NCBI RefSeq assembly: GCF_048403405.1
Contig: NZ_CP183129.1
Strand: one strand, 5' to 3'
Length of the DNA: 64,000 nucleotides
DNA from: Escherichia coli
GTDB taxonomy: Bacteria; Pseudomonadota; Gammaproteobacteria; Enterobacterales; Enterobacteriaceae
Both the position numbers and the translations under genes were made by a program. Under the pieces are notes generated by a model. The model made no database searches and was not told the DNA's origin. It was given only the letters and a program-made list of their open reading frames with translations. Shown piece after piece: positions 16,025 through 23,109 of this stretch (positions are counted from its first letter, which is position 1; the number at the start of each line of letters is the position of its first letter).

Positions 16025-16432
16025 TCAGTCTCCTTTGATGCCAGTGTTTACAACCTGGCAGGCCTCTTTGAGCACCCAGTCAACAGCGTCTTTCCATGCT
16101 CCGGTTTCGACTGGCGGATTTTCACGCTTAACCTTTTCATAGAAGCGCACGGCTTTAACCAGTCCTTCAGACACAACCGGCACAGGTGGAGCTGCGAATA
16201 GTGGTTTAGGTGATATCTCCGCACGTTTTGCGTATGCTTCAACTGTGTCAGGATTAAACAGGATTATGTTTTCGCCGCATTTCCACGCTATCGGTTCCGC
16301 TTCTAGCGATGCCAGTGCAATTTTGAATAACTCACCCTCTACCCGTGCCATCCCTGAATTCGTGTGGCATTTCGCAATCGCTATTTTTAATTTGGCTTCT
16401 TCGATTAATTGCTCTTTTGTTAATTCAGTCAT
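16025..16432 (-). CDS. Hypothetical 135-aa protein, possibly ead/Ea22-like
   Basis: ASLEAEPIAW and AAPPVPVVSE modules. A C-terminal GIKGD tail resembles the end of the 16862..17323 product. Confidence 0.5.
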   Translation of the reverse strand: MTELTKEQLIEEAKLKIAIAKCHTNSGMARVEGELFKIALASLEAEPIAWKCGENIILFNPDTVEAYAKRAEISPKPLFAAPPVPVVSEGLVKAVRFYEKVKRENPPVETGAWKDAVDWVLKEACQVVNTGIKGD

Positions 16433-16527
16433 TTTTCATTACCGCCCTTTCGGGCGGCCTCCTGATGTTCTGAGGGTGCAGAAATCCCTCCGGTTAAGGA
16501 TAAAATTTTTAACAGTGCTAAATTTAA

Positions 16528-16884
16528 TTATTCAGTTCTGGATTTTGTCGCCCTGCATATCCGCGCTTTCGCGTTACGCTCAATCTGAATTAACTTTTCT
16601 ATATTTTTCCGCCTTTCCTGTTCCTCCTGGCGCAATAGCCTTACATCATCTGCCAGTCTGGTTTCTCTTTTCGCCACAGAGAGCATCCAGTCAAACGGCT
16701 CCACAACTGCACCGCAGATTTTACAGCGGACCTGACGCTCTTTTTCGTCAACCCGAACAGAGGCGTGATGACAATATGGTCTTTCCGATGACTCATAAAG
16801 AAAATTAACCTGATTACGAGGGTCATCCTCTTTTACCGGAAATAAAACGATATTGCTTAACTCATCCTCTGGTTTTATTTCCAT
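16528..16884 (-). CDS. Hypothetical zinc-ribbon protein (118 aa)
   Basis: C..HH...CKICG pattern and a basic coiled C-terminus. Confidence 0.5.
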   Translation of the reverse strand: MEIKPEDELSNIVLFPVKEDDPRNQVNFLYESSERPYCHHASVRVDEKERQVRCKICGAVVEPFDWMLSVAKRETRLADDVRLLRQEEQERRKNIEKLIQIERNAKARICRATKSRTE

Positions 16885-17323
16885 GCTCCTCTCCTTTGAT
16901 GCGAATGCCAGCGACGCGTAATGCGTGTTCTAGGTCAATCAGGTAAAGCCAACTGCCATTTTCTTTAGGTATCATGACATGTCGCTCATCTGCATTTATC
17001 GGGTGTCCATATCGAAGGTCGTAGCGAGTCGGTAATTGAACTTCCCGCGCTTCCAGTTCAGCAATACGCTTACTCCCATCAGAGATAACGCCTTCGTAAT
17101 ACTCACGCTGCTCGTTGAGTTGTGATTTTGCTTCTTCCAGTCCATCCAGCAAATCAGCGATAATATCCGCTTCCCGATGACGGATGTGACGCTTAAACGC
17201 AGCAAGAGCCGCATCACAATCCCGTTCAGCATTTGGGCTGTCCGGGATAGCCTGATACCACGCCAGCGTCGACTGATAGTTTTGTGCTGCCTCACGAAGC
17301 GCCTCATAGTTAACCTCTCTCAT
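16862..17323 (-). CDS. Hypothetical coiled-coil protein, possibly ead/Ea22-like (153 aa)
   Basis: ORF in an operon; the RIAELEA coiled-coil segment is typical of this family as I recall it. Confidence 0.45.
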   Translation of the reverse strand: MREVNYEALREAAQNYQSTLAWYQAIPDSPNAERDCDAALAAFKRHIRHREADIIADLLDGLEEAKSQLNEQREYYEGVISDGSKRIAELEAREVQLPTRYDLRYGHPINADERHVMIPKENGSWLYLIDLEHALRVAGIRIKGEEHGNKTRG

Positions 17324-17616
17324 TGAGCCACCTCCTGATAAATCACCGCATGCCCCAGTTTCTCCGCCAGTGCCAGCTCTGCCTTAGCGCCCGCTGACCG
17401 CTGCCAGCCATTCAGCATGTAAATCGCATCCACACAACGAATCATTGCCATGCAAATATCCATGTAGTGCGGCTGTGTCAGCCCGTCCGGAAGTACTGCC
17501 GGGTTTAAGACGGTATGCCCTTCCCGTTTCAGTTCCTCTTCCGCCTTGTGAAACGCCTCACGGTTGAAATTTTCATATCCCGTCATTGGACCGGCAATAT
17601 AAACTCTCACCCTCAC
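17320..17616 (-). CDS. DUF4406 / nucleoside 2-deoxyribosyltransferase-like protein (98 aa)
   Basis: VYIAGPMTGYENFNREAFHKAEEELKREGHTVLNP motif. The GTG start overlaps the upstream TGA, with SD GGAGG. Confidence 0.65.
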   Translation of the reverse strand: MRVRVYIAGPMTGYENFNREAFHKAEEELKREGHTVLNPAVLPDGLTQPHYMDICMAMIRCVDAIYMLNGWQRSAGAKAELALAEKLGHAVIYQEVAQ

Positions 17617-18005
17617 TCCATCACCTCCTGAAAGTTTCCCCGATAGAACGCCAGCACACGCTGCATGACTTCGCTCTGGCGGCACTCACGACAAATTATG
17701 TTCTGCCGTCTGTTGTAACGACGTATTTCTCCGTCAGGTAACTTTCGAATCAGTGTCGGGTCAGCAGCCTTCTCCGGTGTCTTACGCCATACGCGATACG
17801 CCTGCTCTGATGGAAATACCCCGCAACCAGAGAGCCAGACATCACCACTGGCCGCAAGCGCACCAGATAAACGACGAATAGCGGTCTTACTGACACCCGT
17901 TTTATCTGCCAGTTGTCGAAAAGTTTCTCGTCCGCTCAGGCGCACGAATTCCACAATGCGCGCCTTCACTTCTTCCCGCTCTTCTGGTGTAAATACTTTT
18001 GCCAT
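17613..18005 (-). CDS. Hypothetical HTH protein (130 aa)
   Basis: RQLADKTGVSKTAIRRL is HTH-like. I start at MAKVF. Confidence 0.5.
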   Translation of the reverse strand: MAKVFTPEEREEVKARIVEFVRLSGRETFRQLADKTGVSKTAIRRLSGALAASGDVWLSGCGVFPSEQAYRVWRKTPEKAADPTLIRKLPDGEIRRYNRRQNIICRECRQSEVMQRVLAFYRGNFQEVME

Positions 18006-18020
18006 AAGCGCCTCCGGCAA

Positions 18021-18809
18021 TCACTTTTCCGATACAACACGGCGGGAAGAATCACTAATCTGTCGAACAATATCCCGGTGCTTGTTCAGCTCCCGCAGCG
18101 CGGCGCAGACTCGCTCCCACTTCTGAACATCACTTTTCGCCCTGCGCAGCGCCAGGTTTGCCCTGCGAAGGGACGGAAAAATCAGCTCATCTGCTTGCGT
18201 TTCGGTAAACGATGGCAACGGCTGCACAATGTCCGCCACAGTTTCTGTTTTAATTTCTTCCTGTGTTGCGGCTTCCCGGACTGGTAACGCAGCACCTGCT
18301 GGCTGAGGAAAGGCCTTACCATCACTTTCCGTTACCAGCGCGGCTTTCGGCTCTGCTGGTAAATTATCGCCCGGCATGCAGTAACGAAATTTACCGTTCT
18401 GATTAACGCGTGCCAGCCGCCCCGTTGCGGTTACCACCGCCAGCGTGGAGGCAACCTTGCGAGTACTGACGCCGAACTTACCCGCCAGTTCCTCACACGT
18501 TTTAGCACCATCCTGACCGATAAACTCAATCATCATGTCTGCGGTAACTTTTTGTTCGACCTCCCCGGTCAGCATATCCTGTGCTTCAGATTTTACTGGC
18601 CGCTCTTCGGTTACCCGGGATTCACCTTCGCCAGCCAGAAACCAGGTGTGACCAGTTTTATCAACGACGCCATTTCTTTTGAGTTCCCACAGCTCGTTGA
18701 GAACCTCTTCACGACTGATATCAAGTCGCGCGGCCAGTTCTACCGATGTGGCTTTTCCCATTGCTTTCAGTGCGTCAAATACGGTTTCCATTAAAATTTC
18801 CTCCGACAA
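18021..18809 (-). CDS. DUF1627-like protein with two winged-helix-like repeats
   Basis: Two repeats ([29 protein letters not shown] and [28 protein letters not shown]). The family assignment is from memory. Confidence 0.55.
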   Translation of the reverse strand: MSEEILMETVFDALKAMGKATSVELAARLDISREEVLNELWELKRNGVVDKTGHTWFLAGEGESRVTEERPVKSEAQDMLTGEVEQKVTADMMIEFIGQDGAKTCEELAGKFGVSTRKVASTLAVVTATGRLARVNQNGKFRYCMPGDNLPAEPKAALVTESDGKAFPQPAGAALPVREAATQEEIKTETVADIVQPLPSFTETQADELIFPSLRRANLALRRAKSDVQKWERVCAALRELNKHRDIVRQISDSSRRVVSEK

Positions 18810-18824
18810 AATCGTTTCTCAGAT

Positions 18825-19490
18825 TCAAATAAAACCAGCTGCCTTCCGGCGTTCGTATTCCTGTTTCAGCCGTTCAATTGGCGTTGGCCCTTGCGGGTGT
18901 TTCGCCCCTTCCAGTTGTCGTCGCACTGGCGGAACACTCATCCCGTTACCAACATGCTTTGCCCATTTCGTCAGTTGCCGTTCTGCAAGTCGTTTTAACT
19001 CACCCTGCGTCATCTGGCGCTCAATCCCTCTGGTACGCATTTCGAGGCAGATGTGGTACAGCACAGGCTGAGGCCACGGATATTTGTCGCTTCCGTCATA
19101 TCGCCAGGACTCATCACGCCAGCGGCGGTACTCCTCCATCACAGCATCCACCGTCAGGCCAAATGGATTGGCCCCGCTTTCTGAAATCAGCGCCACAAAC
19201 TCAGCCAGGTCCGGAGGCCATGTTTCACCCGCCCGGCAGCGGTCCATGCACTGGCGGCAGACCTGTCGGATTTGCTGCTCAGTCATCGCGCCAATCTGTG
19301 CAATCCAGAGCTTCGAAGGTGCGGCCCCGTTCTTCTGGGTCCAGCGGTTCGAATAAACCTCCCCCATGAGTTCCCACAGCTTCCAGACCGTTTCCGTCGC
19401 TGATAAATCCGTTTTCACGTTCCCACTGCTCACGTGCTGCCCGAATTTCCTGAACTGCCCGTGATGCGGTGCCACCTGGTGCTGCTGCAT
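18825..19490 (-). CDS. Replication protein P-like (helicase loader)
   Basis: WPPDLAEFVALI...YPWPQPVLYHICLEM...ELKRLAERQL parallels lambda P (LPSPGQFVAWC...YPWKSNAHYWLVTNL...ELRRKAADEL). Start uncertain: ATG 19490 overlaps the O-like gene by 212 nt. Confidence 0.7.
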   Translation of the reverse strand: MQQHQVAPHHGQFRKFGQHVSSGNVKTDLSATETVWKLWELMGEVYSNRWTQKNGAAPSKLWIAQIGAMTEQQIRQVCRQCMDRCRAGETWPPDLAEFVALISESGANPFGLTVDAVMEEYRRWRDESWRYDGSDKYPWPQPVLYHICLEMRTRGIERQMTQGELKRLAERQLTKWAKHVGNGMSVPPVRRQLEGAKHPQGPTPIERLKQEYERRKAAGFI

Positions 19491-20319
19491 GGTTTACCCC
19501 CTTGCTGACTGGTTTAACCTGCGCCCTGACGTGATTTACGTGACGGGCGAATTTCTGCTCCCACTGAATCTGCGTAAACACTTTCCCCTCCGCTGCCCAG
19601 TAGTCCCGGAAGGCGGCAAGTTCAGCAGGTGTAAATTCTGTCTCCGGCAAAGCCATCCCCCACAACGCAGCCCGTCGTCGAAAATCCCGTGACGGATACC
19701 AGCTATCGGTCATCGGAAATTTTCCGATGGGTTCGCTCAGGCCATCCAGGAATACAAGGGGTGCTGCCTGTAACGACAAAACTTCCTGCTCACTGGTCGG
19801 AGCACTCTCGCGTGCGTTATGTGTGGGGTTTAGATCTTTGGGTTCCTTTGGGTTCCGTGATCCGTTTTTGGGTGTCTTTGATGGAAAATTTGGGTGTCTT
19901 TGGTTATTTTCCATGCAGCTAAGAGTTCCGTTTTTGGGTCTGTTTTGTGCTGAAACATAACCATTTTCGGTACTGTTTTTATTAACAGCACCAATTTTAC
20001 CCACCTTTAAAGACTCCCGTTTTTGGGTGTATTCAGGCTCGGCAACACTTTCTTCTACACCGATAAGTCGGTACACCACAATTTGCTTTGTTCTGCCTTT
20101 TCTCTCACCGGTATCAACAATTAACCCAATCTCCATCAGGTGTCGTAAGCTGTCCTGCACAGTCTTTTTGTTCAGTTCCGTTACTTCTGCCAGTGCAGAT
20201 ACAGACGGGTATGCACACAAATCGGCACCGCACATATCAGCAAGCCAGGTCAATACAGACTTACTGGATGAACTGCCGGTTTTCACCTTTTTAGCCCATC
20301 GTAGTGCATCGATACTCAT
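19279..20319 (-). CDS. Replication initiator (lambda O analogue; N-terminal wHTH; iterons inside the gene)
   Basis: MSIDALRWAKKV...SVSALAEVTELNKKTVQDSLRHLMEIGLI is a wHTH. The central PKNG-rich segment is encoded by the iterons. The gene precedes the P-like gene. Confidence 0.7.
   Translation of the reverse strand: MSIDALRWAKKVKTGSSSSKSVLTWLADMCGADLCAYPSVSALAEVTELNKKTVQDSLRHLMEIGLIVDTGERKGRTKQIVVYRLIGVEESVAEPEYTQKRESLKVGKIGAVNKNSTENGYVSAQNRPKNGTLSCMENNQRHPNFPSKTPKNGSRNPKEPKDLNPTHNARESAPTSEQEVLSLQAAPLVFLDGLSEPIGKFPMTDSWYPSRDFRRRAALWGMALPETEFTPAELAAFRDYWAAEGKVFTQIQWEQKFARHVNHVRAQVKPVSKGVNHAAAPGGTASRAVQEIRAAREQWERENGFISDGNGLEAVGTHGGGLFEPLDPEERGRTFEALDCTDWRDD
19835..20030. repeat. Candidate origin of replication: iterons with core TTTGGGT (x6), three as YCCGTTTTTGGGT, plus an adjacent A/T-rich tract
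   Basis: TTTGGGT occurs at 19837, 19847, 19867, 19889, 19933 and 20022. Extended copies lie at 19861-19873, 19927-19939 and 20016-20028. The A/T-rich tract is 19973-19998. Confidence 0.6.
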
Positions 20320-20842
20320 ACAAACCCCTGGCAGACATTTGTTTATCTGCAAAGTAATATTGATATTGCTGACGATACGCATGCTTGAAAGCAATAGCTT
20401 TTTCTATAAGCTCGTCAGTCTCACGTTCCACAACAGCTGGATCCGCAAAAAGCAGCCCGGACTCCACCACATCGCCATATTCTTTGTTTAATCCGGCGAT
20501 CATGTACGTAATGCTTTTTCCATCACTGATCTCACGATACAACCTGAAATCACTAATTCGGATAGCCTCCATAATTGCCGGAATCAGCGCCGTGAATTTT
20601 TTCCGCTTATCCCTGGTGTCGATAGCTTTCCAGCGTTCGAATATCTTCACCCGGTTAACGCCCAGCGCCCGTTGATCAACCTCGCCATCATTAAACGTGA
20701 CGCGTTGAACATCGATGTTCGGGCGTTCTTTCAGAGCCCAGAATGCTTCCGTGATTAATATCGTCGCTTGCTCCTGTGTCATTCCTGGTCGACATACCCA
20801 GGCATCCAGAGCCTCACAAACCTGTTCAGGGGTGATTTTCAT
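20291..20842 (-). CDS. YdaT/CII-like regulatory protein (183 aa)
   Basis: Sits immediately after the Cro-like gene. ERWKAIDTRDKRKKFTALIPAIMEAI resembles Rac YdaT. The call is tentative. Confidence 0.45.
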   Translation of the reverse strand: MKITPEQVCEALDAWVCRPGMTQEQATILITEAFWALKERPNIDVQRVTFNDGEVDQRALGVNRVKIFERWKAIDTRDKRKKFTALIPAIMEAIRISDFRLYREISDGKSITYMIAGLNKEYGDVVESGLLFADPAVVERETDELIEKAIAFKHAYRQQYQYYFADKQMSARGLYEYRCTTMG

Positions 20843-21053
20843 TGTTCAACCGCCCCGCCCGCTTTGCCTTACGATATTCGTCATAAACTTTGGGGTCGTA
20901 CTGAAGTTCCCCGCCGGATGCCTCCTGTAGACGCATCGCGCGACCTTCAGGAACCAGTTTCCCCCATGCAGCAACGCTTGCCAGCCTAACTCCTGCGGCA
21001 TTGGCAAGCTTTGTTTTGCTGCCAAAAAACGCTATAGCATCAATTTTCAACAT
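20826..21053 (-). CDS. dicC: DicC-type Cro-like repressor
   Basis: FFGSKTKLANAAGVRLASV...PEGRAMRLQEASGGELQYDPKVYDEYRKAKRAGRLNNENH closely parallels K-12 DicC. Confidence 0.85.
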   Translation of the reverse strand: MLKIDAIAFFGSKTKLANAAGVRLASVAAWGKLVPEGRAMRLQEASGGELQYDPKVYDEYRKAKRAGRLNNENHP

Positions 21054-21063
21054 ATCGAACTCC

Positions 21064-21128
21064 TTAGATTTTCCTAAGGAAACTAGATCGTAGAGAAACC
21101 TAAGTCAAGAAAAATTAGAATTACCTAA
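21064..21128. promoter_or_regulatory. Divergent operator/promoter region: three 14-bp TTAG-N6-CTAA operators and a minus-strand promoter TTGACT-17-TAGTTT
   Basis: TTAGATTTTCCTAA at 21064-21077. GTAGAGAAACCTAA at 21090-21103. TTAGAATTACCTAA at 21115-21128. The -35 is at 21103-21108 (minus strand). Confidence 0.6.
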
Positions 21129-21129
21129 T

Positions 21130-21537
21130 ATGAAAAACGAAACCTTCGGTGCTCGCCTCTTATACAGGCGTAAAAAATTAAAACTGTCTCAGGCCGCATT
21201 AGGTAAGCTGGTCAAAGTGGCTCACGTAACAATTTCTCAATGGGAAAGAGATGAAACACAGCCAGCGGGGAAGAGATTATTCGCACTGAGCCAGGCGCTT
21301 CAGTGCTCGCCGACTTGGCTTCTTTTTGGAGATGAAGATAAGCAACCAGGCGAACCGATCCCAGATAATCAGCCAGTTAATCTGACAGAAGATCAAAAAG
21401 AGTTGCTTCAACTGTTCGACGCACTGCCTGAGTCAGAGCAAAAGGCTCTGTTGTCAGAGATGCGTGCTCGAGTTGAGAATTTCAACAAACTTTTTGAAGA
21501 ACTACTCAAAGCTCGCAAAAGAAGCGCAAATAAATAA
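21130..21537 (+). CDS. dicA: DicA-type CI-like repressor (HTH_XRE)
   Basis: RRKKLKLSQAALGKLVKVAHVTISQWERDETQPAGKRLFALSQALQCSPTWLLFGDEDKQP...MRARVENFNKLFEELLKARKR parallels K-12 DicA. Confidence 0.9.
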   Translation: MKNETFGARLLYRRKKLKLSQAALGKLVKVAHVTISQWERDETQPAGKRLFALSQALQCSPTWLLFGDEDKQPGEPIPDNQPVNLTEDQKELLQLFDALPESEQKALLSEMRARVENFNKLFEELLKARKRSANK

Positions 21538-21614
21538 CCCTCCCTTTTTTTTCGCCACTCTCTGTAATAAAAAGCACAAACTTTCAAATGCTTGTGTTTT
21601 TTACATCAAAAAAC

Positions 21615-21667
21615 TTAGGTTTTTCTACACAAAAAGCTTGACCATAATTCTTAGGTTATTCTAAATT
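21615..21667 (+). promoter_or_regulatory. pL-like promoter with two more TTAG-N6-CTAM operators
   Basis: TTAGGTTTTTCTAC at 21615-21628. TTGACC at 21638-21643. TTAGGTTATTCTAA at 21651-21664, overlapping the spacer and the -10 (TAAATT, 21662-21667). Confidence 0.5.
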
Positions 21668-21743
21668 CTACTCATCAAGACACCGCACGGTGTTCTCAGC
21701 AAACAGTTCCGCTACCCTGGCGTTAAGGGGAAATGAGGTCAGC

Positions 21744-21896
21744 ATGGATACTATCGATCTTGGCAACAACGAATCTCTGGTATGCGGCGTGTTTCCCAAC
21801 CAGGACGGCACGTTTACCGCGATGACGTATACCAGAAGCAAAACGTTTCAAACTGAAGCTGGCGCGCGTCGCTGGTTAACCAGAAACACTGACTGA
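21744..21896 (+). CDS. ydfA: YdfA-like protein (DUF1391), 50 aa
   Basis: MDTIDLGNNESLVCGVFPNQDGTFTAMTYTRSKTFQTEAGARRWL matches my recollection of Qin YdfA. SD GAGG. Confidence 0.75.
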   Translation: MDTIDLGNNESLVCGVFPNQDGTFTAMTYTRSKTFQTEAGARRWLTRNTD

Positions 21897-21907
21897 TGAG
21901 GTTGACG

Positions 21908-22282
21908 ATGGAATTTAAAGATTTACCAGTACCATTCCAGGAAATGGCATCGAATGTGGTTCGCTCTCAACTGGCGACTCTTGACCTGAGTACCGTAGAA
22001 AAAGAAACCATCGATACTATATCCGGTAACGTGCGTCGTGCCTTTATCGGTCTGTACGAAGAGAAGCAGCTCTCTGATAACCAGGATTTACATGAAAAAT
22101 ACTTCCTGGAATTAATGGACATCATTAATAAAGGATTTGGCTTGTTAATGAAAAAGAAAGGGATTCGAATAGCTCCCCTTGAAAATCATTTTACAGCGAG
22201 CAGTATTAATTCCTGTGATTTAAAGCATCACACATCCGATGGGAAAGTTGAATCAAACAACAAAATATCAATTAATCATTAA
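21908..22282 (+). CDS. Hypothetical 124-aa protein with an AT-rich 3' half
   Basis: ORF with SD GAGG before the ATG at 21908 (the track start 21896 is an alternative). Occupies the place of Qin ydfB/ydfC. Confidence 0.45.
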   Translation: MEFKDLPVPFQEMASNVVRSQLATLDLSTVEKETIDTISGNVRRAFIGLYEEKQLSDNQDLHEKYFLELMDIINKGFGLLMKKKGIRIAPLENHFTASSINSCDLKHHTSDGKVESNNKISINH

Positions 22283-22575
22283 TTTATTCACAGGTGAGGT
22301 AGAGTGCGTGCGCCGGACACGGATAAGAATCCGGCACTGACAGTTTACTAAAAAGGATATATCCCTGAAAAGTCAGGGCATAACACGAAAGCGCCCGGCG
22401 AAGTTAGTCTCTCTGTATAGGTCGTCGTTAAATTTAATTCGATCGTGCGCTTCCGGTTGTGGCAATCCGCGAAATGGCGCGGCGGTAAGTATGGCTGGGG
22501 TTTCCTCCATTGCTCCAGAAAATGCACCGGGTTGTCAGGTTGACCATACGCTTAAGTGACAGCCCCGCCACAATA

Positions 22576-22634
22576 CCCATGTGTAGTCTTTGGTGGCATC
22601 AGTTCTACTCCGTGACTGCTCTGCCACCCTTTTT
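22576..22634 (+). ncRNA. dicF: DicF sRNA homologue (ftsZ-targeting in K-12)
   Basis: TTTGGTGGCATCAGTTCTACTCCGTGACTGCTCTGCCACCCTTTTT versus K-12 TTTGGCGGTATCAGTTTTACTCCGTGACTGCTCTGCCGCCCTTTTT (from memory). The terminator stem keeps its pairing through compensatory changes. The 5' end is approximate. Confidence 0.85.
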
Positions 22635-22828
22635 AAAGTGAATTTTGTGATGCGGTGAATGCGGCTAAGCGCACGCGGAACAGTTAAAACCAAAAACAGT
22701 GTTATGGGTGGATTCTCTGTATCCGGCGTTAATTGTTAACTGGTTAACGTCACCTGGAGGCACCAGGCACCGCATCAACAAAGTTCACTTCGGTGATGAA
22801 AGGTAAGAGAAAATGTTGAATGTAGCTA

Positions 22829-22857
22829 TTGAAAACCAGAACGGGTGGAATTATAGT
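22829..22857 (+). promoter_or_regulatory. Candidate sigma70 promoter TTGAAA-17-TATAGT for the antisense-RNA/Rha module
   Basis: Good hexamers with an exact 17-bp spacer. Confidence 0.45.
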
Positions 22858-22917
22858 GCACCTGCACCTCATAAAACGGGTGCCGGGCGTGGAAACCCGG
22901 AATTCAATCAAGCGCAT

Positions 22918-22940
22918 AACCGCGCTCAGGCGGTTTTTTT
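22918..22940 (+). terminator. Intrinsic terminator/attenuator (AACCGC-6nt-GCGGTT + T7)
   Basis: 6-bp stem followed by 7 T residues, ~75 nt downstream of the candidate promoter and inside the annotated track ORF 22813..23667. Confidence 0.6.
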
Positions 22941-22970
22941 ATGCGTCAAGCACAGCCACATTCAGATTAT

Positions 22971-23050
22971 GGTGGGGCGTGCAGGGCAGCTGCAAGGCTG
23001 GCCGGATTCTTGGTTGACCGGTATTTCCACCCCTGTACGCCTCACCACCC
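22971..23050 (+). ncRNA. c4-like antisense RNA (P1/P7 immI type), candidate
   Basis: A 15-bp closing helix (22971-22985 with 23032-23046) encloses two hairpins. The loop sequence TCTTGGTTGA is perfectly complementary to the Rha SD region at 23090-23099. Confidence 0.6.
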
Positions 23051-23109
23051 TTATGGTCGTGGAAAACCTTGGTGGTGAGTTATTAATACTCAACCAAGAG
23101 GCTGCCATT

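Noticed and set aside
16440-16470. GC-rich hairpin ACCGCCC-TTTC-GGGCGGC between two early genes
   Set aside because: It has no U-tract on either strand. It is probably just an mRNA-stabilising or incidental stem-loop, and the evidence is too weak to call it a terminator.
22813-23109. N-terminal 99 codons of track ORF 22813..23667
   Set aside because: This frame crosses an intrinsic terminator and a long-helix RNA structure, and has no SD. The Rha domain starts only after Met-100, which has a good SD. I treat it as non-coding regulatory RNA.
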